Below, piece by piece: positions 38,899-57,108 of a DNA stretch of 64,000 bases. Under the pieces are notes generated by a model. It saw only the letters and a program-made list of their open reading frames with translations, had not been told where the DNA came from and did no database searches. Every line of letters begins with the position of its first letter. The first letter of the stretch is position 1. The stretch is from the NCBI GenBank assembly GCA_964016885.1, contig OZ024740.1, positions 192,634,001 to 192,698,000 on the forward strand. Direction: 5' to 3'. Both the position numbers and the translations under genes were made by a program. This DNA comes from Eledone cirrhosa. Its lineage: Eukaryota.

Positions 38899-40691
38899 TA
38901 CATACATATATATGCACATATATTTTTTTGTATTGCACCATAGAGCATGTGTGTTTACGTGTGTCATTGTGTTTATATGTGGGTAGAGATGTGTGCTGAT
39001 GTAGGTATGTATGTTGACGTGTGTATGTTGTGGGTTCGTCTTAAGGAGAAGCGTTTAGACCGGGTCCGTATTTGTTAATGAAGTAAGATTCCTTGCTTAT
39101 TCGCTGGGTGTGGGTGGCATTATCTTTAAATTTGTAGAGGGGAAATATTCTGAAGTTGGGATGATTTTGGGCGGCACAGGTATCAATGTGTTCACTCAGT
39201 GGTATTTTCCTGTATTCCCGTATTTTAATTTGGGATCTATGGACAGTCATGCGTTGGCGGGGGCTGCTTTGGTCTGGCCTATGTATTGTTCTCGACAACC
39301 TGAACAAGTTAATACATATATTAGATTTTCCGATGCACATTTGAAACTGTGTTTTACTATAAAACGTTGTCCATCTTTGAAATAGAATTCCGAACCGTCT
39401 ATTAGGTTGATGCAAATGCCACAGTTGGGTCTATCGCATTTTTTTACTGTGGGTTTCGTTGTTGTGGTTGGCAGTACTTTGGCGTGTGTTAAGATGTTTT
39501 TCATTGACTTGGATTGTCTTTTGCTCTTTATGATATCGTGTGTTCGTATTATTTGGTTCATTCTATGGTCCTATTTCAATACAGGGATGTTCTGGAGGAT
39601 GGTGTCAAAGGCCTCATTGTTGAGGGGGTTGTGTGTGGAGATGTATGGAAGAGCTTTTAGTTTTGGTTGATTTACTTTAGGGTGTCTAAGGTCCTGGGTA
39701 CTGAGTTTTAGGGCACGTTGGATTCCATTGTCAATTAGTGATGCAGGGTAGTCCCTGCATATGAGTGTGTCCTTTAGTTCTTGTAGCCGTAAGTAGCAGA
39801 TGTTTTTATTGGAGACTATAGTACAGATTCTCTTGGCTAAGTTGTAGGGAATATTAATTTTAACGTGTCTAGGGTGGCAAGAGTTGAAGGGGAGATATTG
39901 CTTGGAGTCTGTGGGCTTGTAGTATATGTCTGTTTCTATTTTTTTGTTATGGATCTTAATGAGGATGTCGAGGAAGGGGAGTTGTTGATGGCTGTATTCC
40001 ATCGTGAAGTTAATATTTGTGTTGAGCCCATTTATAAGGGTGTGAAATTCTTTAAGTTTTTCGATGTTTTCGTGCCAAAGGATGAAGCAGTCATCTAGAT
40101 ATCGCTTCCAGTTCCTTTCAATGTGTAAGTGGAGGGTGTTTCCAAATTTGTTTAGGACTTTAGTGCAGAGGGTGATTTCCAGGTATCCCATGACTAGGTT
40201 GGCATAAGTAGGGGCTGTTTTCGTTCCCATAGCGGTCCCAGATTTCTGCCTGTAGGGTTTGTTATTGAAAACGAAGTAATTGTTCTCCAAGATAAATTTG
40301 AGTCCCTCTATCACGAATTCTTTTTTGATGCGTTGTGGGAGTTCATTGTGGAAATTATCCAGCCAGAATTGGATAGCTTCTATTCCTAGGTTGTGGGGAT
40401 GTTGGAGTATAGGTTGACTACATCGAACGTCACTAGTACGGTTTGTTCAGAAAGTGGCATATTAGGGAGGTGATTGAGCATATCTAGGGCGTAGCACGGA
40501 ATCTTACTTCATGAACAAATACGGACCCCGTCTAAATACTTCTCCCTAAGACGAACCCACAACATACACACGTCAACATACATACCTACATCAGCACACA
40601 TCTCTACCCACATATAAACACAATGACACACGTAAACACACATGCTCTATGGTGCAATACAAAAAAATATATGTGCATATATATGTATGTA

Positions 40692-40730
<39 letters not shown>

Positions 40731-41077
40731 AATATATGTATGTGTATATATATATAGTGAATATCATTTCACACCTTTTTATTGTTAAGATTTTTGATGT
40801 TCTATTAAGAGAACCGATTTATTGAAAAAATCGAATAATGTGCACCATTTTACCAGGGGGAAAAAAATACTGGTCCACCCACACACACACACACACACAC
40901 ATATACACAAACACATACACACGCGTACATCAACATACAAAGAGACTTATACACACACACACACACACACACACGCACTTCTCCGTATCAGACAAAAGCT
41001 GAAAAATATCTTTTGACATGCTAAAATACCCCCCATTGCTTTCAGACACATTCTTACTGACCATCGAATTACTCTGC

Positions 41078-41118
<41 letters not shown>

Positions 41119-41189
41119 ATCTTAATAGCCATTTGACACACATCGCTGCTGGCCATTGTCGCAGCATCGAACACCTTACTACTACTACT

Positions 41190-41221
<32 letters not shown>

Positions 41222-41706
41222 TCACACACACATACACACACATACACACACACACACACACATATTTGTTGTGAAAGAGTCATTTCTCAATCTTGGCGCA
41301 AAACCAATCAAAATTGTTTTGACCAAGAATTTTTGCTGGAGCCACTTTTTTAACATAAAAACAGTCTTGGCGCAAAATCAACTTTTTACATTAACATGAC
41401 CTCTACCGACCAATCAAAATTGTTTTGACCACAAGCATTTTTGCAACACAAAAATAACGCTGGAGCCACTTTTTTAACATAAAAACAGGTAGAATTCCCA
41501 AAACTAATCAGATCAGAGCAAACAGCACGGACACTCTATCTCAAAATTATTTTTGAAAAGCATTTAGAAATGCGCAACCGGTAAAAACTTAAAAACTTAA
41601 AACCACAACTGAATACTAACCCATACAATCACTAATATTCCTAATTAAACCATTTTTCAACTGTGAACAATTTGTCAGCATTTTCTATTCCGTTTACCAA
41701 TATATA
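37814..41706 (-). mobile_element. 5'-truncated Neptune-like PLE with a ~1.2-kb inverted copy of its 3' region (arms ~37848-39092 / 40498-41706)
   Basis: GTAMGTKTAPTYANL, RYLDD, LPFLD, YYKPTDS..SCHP, KCDRPNCGIC, NLIYVLTCSGC..YIGQT; the arms are reverse complements. Confidence 0.9.
39041..40490 (-). pseudogene. Neptune-like PLE RT C-terminal half + GIY-YIG, frameshifted
   Basis: ORFs 39571-40314, 39247-39561 and 39041-39415. Confidence 0.88.
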
Positions 41707-41723
41707 TATATATATATATATAT

Positions 41724-42740
41724 AAATGTAATCTTAGTTTTTCGAATATTAATAAACATTCGATTCGTTTGCAATTATGCATACAAGCCTCAATTTTATA
41801 GCCATGTTGTGTTGGCATGAGAACAGAACTGCAGACACTAATGTTTCTGGGTATCACCCTTCATCAGTACAGCTCACTGTTCACCTACAAACTGTCAGAG
41901 CTAGTTAACATATATGCTATTTTCAAAAATACAGTCACTGATCGACCTGATTTGCATATTAGCAGACTGGCTGATCAGACAGATCTGCATATAAGCAGAT
42001 TCACTGATCAGCCTGATTTGCATACCAGCAGACTGACCAGACAGTTTCCTATATACGAGCGATAAATGGCCGGCTTTGCCAAATTCTAATTTTTAAAAAA
42101 ATTTCGGTTCATATGGCTGAATACAATAAATGTAATCTGAGTTTTTCGAATATTAGAAATAACATTCGATTCGTTTTGTAATTATGAAAACAAGCCTCAA
42201 TTTTATAGCCATTTCAGTAGAATGAACCCATCATTCTTGCTCTTGTGTTGGCATGTGAACAGATCTGGAGACACTAATATTTCTGCGTATAACCCTTCAC
42301 CAGTACAGCTCACTGTTCACCTGCCAAACTGTCAGAGCTAGTGAAAATGTATGCTCTTTTCAAAAATACACAGTGATTGATGGGCCTGATTTACATATTT
42401 GCAGAAAGGCCGACCAGTCAGATCTGCATGTTAGCAGATCCACTGATCAGCCAGATTTGCATGTAAGCAGACTGGCCAGTCAGTTTCCTGTATACGAGCG
42501 ATATATGTTCACTAGCTCTGATAGTTTGGCAGGTTAACAGTGAGCTGTACTGATGAAGTGTGACACCCAGAAACATTAGTGTCTGCAGTTCTGTTCGCAT
42601 GCCAATACAAGAGCAAGGATGAAGGGTTCATTGTACTGACATGGCTATAAAATTGAGGCTCGTTTACACTATGGCAAACGAATCGAATATTATTATTAAT
42701 ATTCGAAGAGCTCAGATTACATTTATTGTATTCAGCCATG
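41724..42740. mobile_element. ORF-less HHR-bearing module: two direct units plus a partial inverted unit
   Basis: aaatgtaatct.agtttttcgaatatta at 41724 and 42128; inverted copy at ~42510-42740. Confidence 0.75.
41829..41872 (-). ncRNA. Type I hammerhead ribozyme motif
   Basis: CTGTA-CTGATGA-A GGGT gat ACCC A-GAA ACA ttag TGT C-TGCAG. Sisters at 42265-42308 (-, decayed) and 42545-42588 (+). Confidence 0.75.
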
Positions 42741-42757
42741 TAGAGCGAAATTTTCTT

Positions 42758-42806
<49 letters not shown>

Positions 42807-43024
42807 ATGATTATGTCATTTATTTTGTCTGACCTGTTTAGATTGTCTTCTTTTTTTCTCTTAGGTCGTCTATAGATTCTTGACCGCCTACTCAGTTTGT
42901 ATGGCCTTTATAACATATATTTATTGCTCTAGTCCTTTAGACTATGGAGCGCTTGCCAGCATGACTCGGAATTTGCGTTACGTTTCGCTTTTTCTACCTG
43001 CCGAAATGCGATTCTCGCTAAATT

Positions 43025-43059
<35 letters not shown>

Positions 43060-43065
<6 letters not shown>

Positions 43066-43425
43066 TAAACGGAATAGAAAATGCTGACAAATTGTTCACA
43101 GTTGAAACATGGTTTAATTAGGAATAAAAGAGTATCAGTGATTGTATGGGTTAGTATTCAGTTGTGGTTTTAAGTTTTTTAAGTTTTTACCGGTTGCGCA
43201 TTTCTAAATGCTTTTCAAAAATAATTTTGAGATAGAGTGTCCGTGCTGTTTGCTCTGTACCGGTAAAAACTTAAAAACTTAAAACCACAACTGAATACTA
43301 ACCCATACAATCACTAATACTCTTTTATTCCTAATTAAACCATGTTTCAACTGTGAACAATTTGTCAGCATTTTCTATTCCATTTACCAATATATAATAA
43401 CTTGTGTGTTACACCTCTATTCTTT

Positions 43426-43430
<5 letters not shown>
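43060..43430. mobile_element. Solo fold-back of the 37.8-kb PLE terminus
   Basis: Arms ~43060-43193 / 43258-43395 are near-identical to 37814-38050. Confidence 0.85.
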
Positions 43431-43494
<64 letters not shown>

Positions 43495-43500
<6 letters not shown>

Positions 43501-46116
43501 AAGTGAGTCCTTCATCAGTGACCCTCCAACCGTCCTCGGCATTTCATCGCTTTAAGGGCCATATGACTCAGGTTGGTGCGAACAACGGCTAAAAAAAGTC
43601 GTTGGGACACGTAAATAAAGGGGGACGCTAGAGTAACAACAAAAGGGTTTAAGCAACGGAAAGTGAGTAGAAATAGACAGGTCCCAGATCTCTATGAATA
43701 TAGACTCTGTGAAATCGTGAACAAGAGACGAAAGACCATCGAACCTGGTAGAAATGTGAGCAAGGAAAGAAATTCGCCCAAGTTTGACGGGGGGAAAAAA
43801 AGAGAGAGAGAGAGAAAGAAAAAGGAGAGAAGAAGATGAAGAAGAAGAAGAAGAAGAAGAAGAAGAAGAAGAAGAAGAAGAAGAAGAAGAAGAAGAAGAA
43901 GAAGAAGAAGAAGAAGAAGATAAGGGGGTCTGGTCTACGAATTCGGTAAACGCAAGTTTTGTGAAGTCGCAGACGAAAGAGAGAGAGAAAAAAATTCCAT
44001 ACCAGCTCGGTCAAGACTGCGCGAGAAAAGAATTACACACAGGTCAAACTTGAAGGAGGAGGAGGAAAGAGGAGGAGGAGAGGTAGTGACAGAGAATGAG
44101 TGAGTGAAAGTTGAGGAGAGGGTAACAGAGAGGGAGACTGCTAGAAGTGGTAAAGATACAAGGAACGAAACAGACGAAGGCAGCATGGAAAAATTATATG
44201 TGTAAATATGATGATAATAATGGAGCTGCGGCGTTGCAAATGGGATACATATGAAAAAGTGAGTCCTTCATCAGTGACCCTCCAACCGTCCTCGGCATTT
44301 CATCGCTTTAAGGGCCATATGCCTCAGGTTGGTGCGAACAACGGCTAAAAAAAGTCGTTGGGACACGTAAATAAAGGGGGACGCTAGAGTAACAACAAAA
44401 GGGTTTAAGCAACGGAAGGTGAGTAGAAATAGACAAGTCCCAGATCTCTATGAATATAAACTCTGTGAAATCGTGAACAAGACACAAAAGACCATCGAAC
44501 CTGGTAGAAATGTGAGCAAGGAAAGAATTTCGCCCAAGTTTGACGGGGGGGGAAAAATGAGAGAGAGAGAGAAAGAAAAAGAAGAAGAAGAAGAAGAAGA
44601 AGAAGAAGAAGAAGAAGAAGAAGAAGAAGAAGAAGAAGAAGAAGAAGAAGAAGAAGAAGATAAGGGGGTCTGGTCTACGAATTCGGTAAACGCAAGTTTT
44701 GTGAAGTCGCAGACGAAAGAGAGAGAGAAAAAAATTCCATACCAGCTCGGTCAAGACTGCGCGAGAAAAGAATTACACACAGGTCAAACTTGAAGGAGGA
44801 GGAGGAAAGAGGAGGAGGAGAGAGTAACAGAGAGGGAGACTGCTAGAAGTGGTAAAGATACAAGGAACGAAACAGACGAAGGCAGCATGGAAAAATTATA
44901 TGTGTAAATATGATGATAATAATGGAGCTGCGGCGTTGCAAATGGGATACATATGAAAAAGTGAGTCCTTCATCAGTGACCCTCCAACCGTCCTCGGCAT
45001 TTCATCGCTTTAAGGGCCATATGCCTCAGGTTGGTGCGAACAACGGCTAAAAAAAGTCGTTGGGACACGTAAATAAAGGGGGACGCTAGAGTAACAACAA
45101 AAGGGTTTAAGCAACGGAAGGTGAGTAGAAATAGACAAGTCCCAGATCTCTATGAATATAAACTCTGTGAAATCTTGAACAAGAGACAAAAGACCATCGA
45201 ACCTGGTAGAAATGTGAGCAAGGAAAGAATTTCGCCCAAGTTTGACGGGGGGGAAAAATGAGAGAGAGAGAGAAAGAAGAAGAAGAAGAAGAAGAAGAAG
45301 AAGAAGAAGAAGAAGAAGAAGAAGAAGAAGAAGAAGAAGAAGAAGAAGAAGATAAGGGGGTCTGGTCTACGAATTCGGTAAACGCAAGTTTTATGAAGTC
45401 GCAGACGAAAGAGAGAGAGAAAAAAATTCCATACCAGCTCGGTCAAGACTGCGCGAGAAAAGAATTACACACAGGTCAAACTTGAAGGAGGAGGAGGAAA
45501 GAGGAGGAGGAGAGGTAGTGACAGAGAATGAGTGAGTGAAAGTTGAGGAGAGAGTAACAGAGAGGGAGACTGCTAGAAGTGGTAAAGATACAAGGAACGA
45601 AACAGACGAAGGCAGCATGGAAAAATTATATGTGTAAATATGATGATAATAATGGAGCTGCGGCGTTGCAAATGGGATACATATGAAAAAGTGAGTCCTT
45701 CATCAGTGACCCTCCAACCGTCCTCGGCATTTCATCGCTTTAAGGGCCATATGCCTCAGGTTGGTGCGAACAACGGCTAAAAAAAGTCGTTGGGACACGT
45801 AAATAAAGGGGGACGCTAGAGTAACAACAAAAGGGTTTAAGCAACGGAAAGTGAGTAGAAATAGACAAGTCCCAGCTCTCTATGAATATAAACTCTGTGA
45901 AATCGTGAACAAGAGACGAAAGACCATCGAACCTGGTAGAAATGTGAGCAAGGAAAGAATTTCGCCCAAGTTTGACGGGGGGGAAAAAAGAGAGAGAGAG
46001 AGAAAGAAAAAGGAGAGAAGAGGAAGAAGAAGAAGAAGAAGAAGAAGAAGAAGAAGAAGAAGAAGAAGAAGAAGAAGAAGAAGAAGAAGAAGAAGAAGAA
46101 GAAGATAAGGGGGTCT
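43495..46116. repeat. Tandem array, 3.6 copies of a 702-756 bp unit containing (GAA)n
   Basis: Units begin atgaaaaagtgagtccttcatcag at 43495, 44251, 44953 and 45683. Confidence 0.95.
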
Positions 46117-46899
46117 ATATATATAAATGGAATAGAATGAAACGAAATTCCATGTATGACTCTTAGTACGGCAGTTACTTAAATGTAAGTATGTATGTAT
46201 GTATGTATACGAACATACATGTATGTATACAGACGTACAGTAGTATGTATATATATACATACATGCACACATATATACATGCACGTATCGGTTTACCGAA
46301 CATTTATTATAATGCTCAGTTTGCTTGTTTGTAAATAAACAGCCCGAATTACGCCGTACTGTGTTTAGGCAACCAAGTCATCTTTTTGTTCAACACTGAC
46401 AGAGGAACGATGTACTAAGTTTCAAGTTTATTAGCTATCGTCAGCATCGTATACCTTTGCATATCGAGTGAGTTTAGTCGACTGGGCGCACCGAAAACGA
46501 TATATGTAATAGAATGAAACGAAATTTCTTTCTCACTCTTAGTACGTCAGTTACTTAAATGAATTACATAACATCCTATCTTATTTCTTATCAACCAGAA
46601 ACCTTCGGACATTCGCAGTTATCTCTCTTAAACCTCTCGCACGCAATTTAGTATTTCCTATGTGAAGTGATCGTTTTTGCTCAGGCGGGTTCTTATGGTT
46701 GTCCTTCCTGTTCCGTATAACCATGTCCATTACGAGCTGAGAATCCGCTAAGGTGAAACGATTTTGCTCGGTGAACTAACTGTTGTGTATATATATACAT
46801 ATATATATATATAATGGAAAAATTTGAACAGGAACAAAACAGAGAGGCAGTACAACGAATGTTTATTAATTTCACGTTCTGGAGAGTGGGGTGGTGGTG

Positions 46900-46936
46900 G
46901 GGAACGACGTTTCGGGCGTAAGCCCTTCCTCAGGTG
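46900..46936 (-). ncRNA. Hammerhead core with broken stem I
   Basis: CTGAGGA-A GGGC ttac GCCC-GAAAC GTC GTT. An opposite-strand decayed motif lies at 46733-46770. Confidence 0.45.
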
Positions 46937-48660
46937 AGAAGTGTGTGGGAACATAGTTCAAAGGGTGTGTGGGGGAGTGGTGGAGAGACATATAGCGAAA
47001 GGAAACGGTGCGAATGAAATTAAAAATAAAAATAAAAATAAAGCATGATCAAAATACAAGGAATGAAATAAAATTAAATATAAAAGCATGATCAATATTA
47101 TAAATAAAGACGACTACTTACCAGCAGCCCTCCAACAAAAGAATTTGATCTGATAGTGAAATCGGCCTCTAAGAAAGCACACGATTTTCTCTCTCCCAAA
47201 CAGAAAAAAAACCGATTCGTGTGAGAATGAGATTGCTGAAAAAAAGAGCGCAATTACTCAACAAGCGGTCTCTTAAGCAGCTACCCAGCAAAGTAAAACA
47301 TATCGAAATCTCTTTCAAAATAGATCAGCGCCATTTTGAAAAACTTCAACGCAAATCAACCACAAGAACAACAACAACAGCCAGAAAATCAAGAAAAGGC
47401 ACAGCAACAACAATAACAGGAAGTGCCACTCCAAATCCCAGCGTAAGAGCTGATTTGGCGAATCATAGTATGTCTTCACAACTCTCTCACTCACCACTTT
47501 CACAGCAACCGCCACAATTATCACCACCGCTGCCACCATCGTATTCTACCACTTCAACTACTAATAATAAACCACTGCTTCGTTCCCCCTTGTCCCCACC
47601 TCAGTCCTATTATAGAATAAAAAAAACCTTTTAAAATATATGAAGCCGAATGTACACACACACACACCACAAACAAGAAACCCCAAAATATTTACTACGT
47701 CAGAGGCTCTGCACATATAGTGACTGCATCGTCAAACATCTACGTCGCACAAGACGCACAATCACTACCAGCCAAGGCCAAAGCACGAATCCCAAAATAA
47801 GAACATCAACACTACCACTACCAAATAGTAAACTCTGAATTACTCATAAGTCGGATCCCAAAATCTGCCGATATTCTCAACGCGAGAGACAATATCTGCT
47901 GCGTGACTGTCCCTTTACTCATCTTCCAGGGACCCGATGCACTGACAGAAGCGCGGCTCCAAGCCAACACACGAACCAGAGTAAAAACACCCCTGCTGGT
48001 CCAGTCTTTTTACGAAGACACAAAAACAACAACAAAACACTTCCAGTCACAAACTGCTCCTTAAGCAAAAAATTCTCTTTTTTAGCTATTTTTAACCTGG
48101 CAAAAGAGATACAAAAAAAAACTATCTAGCCAACACTCAACACCATCCAATGCTATTACCCCAGTGCGTTAACTCTCCACATTACTGCCACTGGGTGGGT
48201 GGAGGTTATTGTTTGAAAGAAAATGGAATTCGTTAAAAGTTAATTCTTTAAAGCTATAATTTATATTTAGAGTGACAAACGCAGAAAGAATTCTATAAAC
48301 AAGTTCAAAATGGGGTGCCACTCCTTATTTTTAAGTTTCTCTTAAGCCAACAATGCCTATATTTCAGGTGTCTATAAGATGGTTGGGGGTCAGTCATGGT
48401 TGATGGGTTTAAAGAAAAGGGAAATTATTTAACAGCTAGTTCTTTAAATCTCTACTTAGAGTGACAAAAACAGAGAGAATTCTATAAACCAGTTCAAATA
48501 TTGGGTGCCTATCCTTAGTGTCATGTTTCTCTAAGCTATATTTCAGGTGTCTACAGACACATTCACATACACACACACACACACACATACACACACACAC
48601 ATATAAATATACACATATACAAACATATATACATATATACACACATATATATACATACAC

Positions 48661-48782
<122 letters not shown>

Positions 48783-49348
48783 ATGGTGGCTGCCAACTCC
48801 TTTTTGAGTACGGCCACTACTTTATATCCTTGTAGGAGAACCCAGACCGATACGCTGAACGAGTGTGACGTTTTAGTCCAGCCAGCGACTTGAAAACTCT
48901 CGTACAAACACTACACTTGTGACAATTATTGACACATAATGCTGGGCTCATGTTACCATATGACGACAAGTGTAGAGAGATCTAGAGATACAAAGCAATG
49001 CCTGTGCCATGAAGCTTTTATAGTGAGCAAAGGCACTGCACAAAGCCAGTCCCACTCTCTTAACCAAGATGATATTTACCAAAAAGAAGAACAAGTCAAT
49101 ATCATTGGATACCATCAGGGTTGCAGGTGTTATATCAGAGTTTTCCTTCTCCTAGAATTGTGCCTTGACAAAAGCTAAGGGGTCATCGCTCCCGGTGATT
49201 GTGGATGGCCATTGACTCTTAAGAGCTCCTTTGGCCTTTGACAGGTTTTGTTTTTAGTCCTGCAGGATGTCCAAAGTGACCCTCCTCACCAAGAAACCTT
49301 GGTGGGGTTGCCAGTTTAGTCGCCAACGACATATATATAAATATATAT

Positions 49349-49493
<145 letters not shown>

Positions 49494-49677
49494 TATCTAT
49501 ATATATACATTTATATAGATACTTATACATATACATACATATATACACATACACACACATATTTTATACACATATACACACATACATACACAAACACACA
49601 TACACATACATACATTCATATACACGTAGATATATACACAAGCATATACGTATATACAAGCACATACACACATATAT

Positions 49678-49750
<73 letters not shown>

Positions 49751-49899
49751 CAGATGAATATATATATACATATATATACACATATATATATATATATATA
49801 CACAAATATACACACACATATATATATATATATATATACACACATACACACACACACACACATATGTATATATATATATGTATATATTTATATATATAA

Positions 49900-51010
49900 G
49901 AAAGTACGTCCATAGAATCATTTGATAAAATATATACAGTATTTCCTCTCCCAATCAGCATAATCAACCACACAAAAAATCAATTAAACAAGGCTAGAGA
50001 TTAAAAGGCACCTATGAAGAAACAATAGATATATAAACTATAGCTATTTATCCGCGATCAACAGCCACAGAATATTTACACAATATTTCTAAGAGCCCGA
50101 GGAAATCGATTAGATATATCGACCATACACAATTAGGTACAACATCAAAGTTAGAAGAAAATAATGTATATAAGCATACCAAAATTATGTCTTTACCCCA
50201 CGAAGATCCATTCGCTTTTGGGAAATATCCGATCAAGTATAAATTCACGAGTTTCGAAATCATCAGCAAACAAACTCAATTGGAACAGAGATTTTTCTTA
50301 AATGATCCCCGCCAGAAACGAATTCAAAATGGCTAAGAACTCTGACGTGTCTAGTGGTCAAGTCAGAATGTTTGTGATTGGCGCCTTACGGCGAGTGTGC
50401 TGGTTGCTAGAAAGCGCATCCGAATACTGTCTAAATTGTTTCTCAACCATATGGGAGATGATCAAATATATAGATTTATATATACATGAACTAGACAGAG
50501 CCATAGATATATATATATATGTGTTTTTGGCATCCATTCACGGTGAGGCTCAATGATGAATTAATTAATTATATAATCAACAATCAGAGCAATATACAAG
50601 AAACTATGTCCATAGAATCATTTGATAAAATATATACAGTATTTCCTCTCCCAATCAGCATAATCAACCACACAAAAATCTATTAAACAAGGCTATAGAT
50701 TAAAAGGCACCTATGAAGATACAATAGATAAATAAACGATAGCTATTTATCCGCGATCAACAGCCACAGAATATTTACACAGTATTTCTAATAGCTCGTG
50801 GAAATCGATTAGATATATTGCCAGAAAATATTGTATATATTTTATCAAATGGTGCTATGGACGTACTTTCTTGCATATTGCTCTGAATGTTGATTATTTA
50901 ATTAATTAATTCTTCATTGAGCCACACCGTGATTAGATGCCAAAAACACACATATATATATATATATCTATGGATCTGTCTAGTTTATGTAAATGTAAAT
51001 CTATATATTG
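49900..51010. mobile_element. Unclassified direct-repeat-bounded element, copy B, with terminal fold-back
   Basis: ~215-bp direct repeats at 49905-50120 and 50605-50820; inverted copy of ~50465-50640 at ~50830-51010. Confidence 0.65.
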
Positions 51011-51160
51011 TATATATATAGTTGTTATATACTAAGGTGCATTATTGGTTGTGTAAAATGATCCAATAACTTTATGTTAGCAATATTAAGTTCTCCATGC
51101 TTTTGTATATCTCCAATTCCATTCAAGAGAACAGCTATATGATGTAAAGCGGAGTATAAG

Positions 51161-55937
<4,777 letters not shown>

Positions 55938-56167
55938 GTTGTATATATATATATATATATATATGTAGATAAATCTACCAAGAGTTTACGGTAGTGTCCA
56001 ATCCGTATGAAGAACTCAATGTAGTCCGGATATCATGGAAAGAAGAGATGCAATGAAAAATCACTTTCGGTGAAAGATAAACGGAATACAGAGTCAAGAT
56101 AAAATATTAAAAAAATAATGAATAAAACAATGAAACAGTTCCTTATATTAAACAAAAAAAGTTCATT

Positions 56168-56310
56168 ATTTAACGATCGTTTCTAGGATATATATGTGTT
56201 AGAATTGGCATGCATATTCAACAGATCTATGTACAAAATTATACAAAATTATACAAACTATCAAGATTAAATATACATACCAAACACACATATATGCCGT
56301 CTTCAGAAAT
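56168..56310 (-). ncRNA. Hammerhead motif with ~115-nt extended helix II
   Basis: ATTT-CTGAAGA-[long hairpin]-GAA AC GATC GT T-AAAT. Confidence 0.65.
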
Positions 56311-56922
56311 AATGAAATATATTTATTGATAATAACAACAATTCAAAATTTCAGGTCCGTTTGGGAACAGAGTTCAAATTGACCAATGAAAATACAAAAA
56401 ATGTTATGCAGTTTGGTGTGTGTATATACATATAATTAACTTCGTACACATATTTATATAAAGATATATGCTCACATGCATACGCATGCCAAAAAGATGT
56501 ATGCAAATACAAAAATTCAAGGCTAATGTCTCTGTAAGTTTATAATCCACAGATAAAATGCGTATAGACACATAAATATGAAATAAATGTATACACACAT
56601 TCACATACTCACACATATTCGTACACTCACACACACACGCGCGTATATGCATAAACATACACATAACTACGAACATACATACACACACACACCCCCACAC
56701 ACATATATATGTGCATATAGTATTATCATAAGCATATGGACATTAATGCACGCACATAAACACCGCCACACACATTTAGATCAAGATACAGAAATTAGGT
56801 GGGAGGGGGGGGGGAGAGGTCAGTATTCAACGGTTTCGGCAGACTGCTTATTTATAGATGTATCTATAAACTTAGAAATAAAAAGAAAAGAAAAAGAAAA
56901 AAGAAAAAAGAAATATATCAAG

Positions 56923-56966
<44 letters not shown>

Positions 56967-57108
56967 TATACATACAACACACACACACACACATATATAA
57001 ACATATACATATATATATACACATATATACACACATACATATATATATACACACATATATACACATATATACACACACATATATACACACACATATATAT
57101 ATATACAC

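Noticed and set aside
41935-42480. CRISPR-like array from ~33-bp periodic repeats
   Set aside because: The repeats are contiguous and degenerate with no unique spacers, in a eukaryotic context with no cas genes.
43955-43985. Plus-strand TTGTGAA-GTC gca GAC-GAAA as a hammerhead in the tandem unit
   Set aside because: A6 is missing and stems I and III cannot form.
43784-46166. Poly-Glu, poly-Phe and poly-Arg ORFs
   Set aside because: They derive from (GAA)n inside the tandem unit, and the frame differs between units.
47100-48150. Ser/Thr/Pro-rich ORF 47221-47634 and downstream sequence as a gene
   Set aside because: Probably a decayed retroelement N-terminus, but no diagnostic motif could be read.
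50175-50330. U1/U11 snRNA-like (CTGGC...CATAATTTTGGTA) or minimal type III HHR (GAGTT..CTGATGA TTTC GAAACTC) on the minus strand
   Set aside because: No U1 5' ACTTACCT or conserved loops; HHR stems I and II are absent; the homolog at 18.6 kb does not preserve the pairing.
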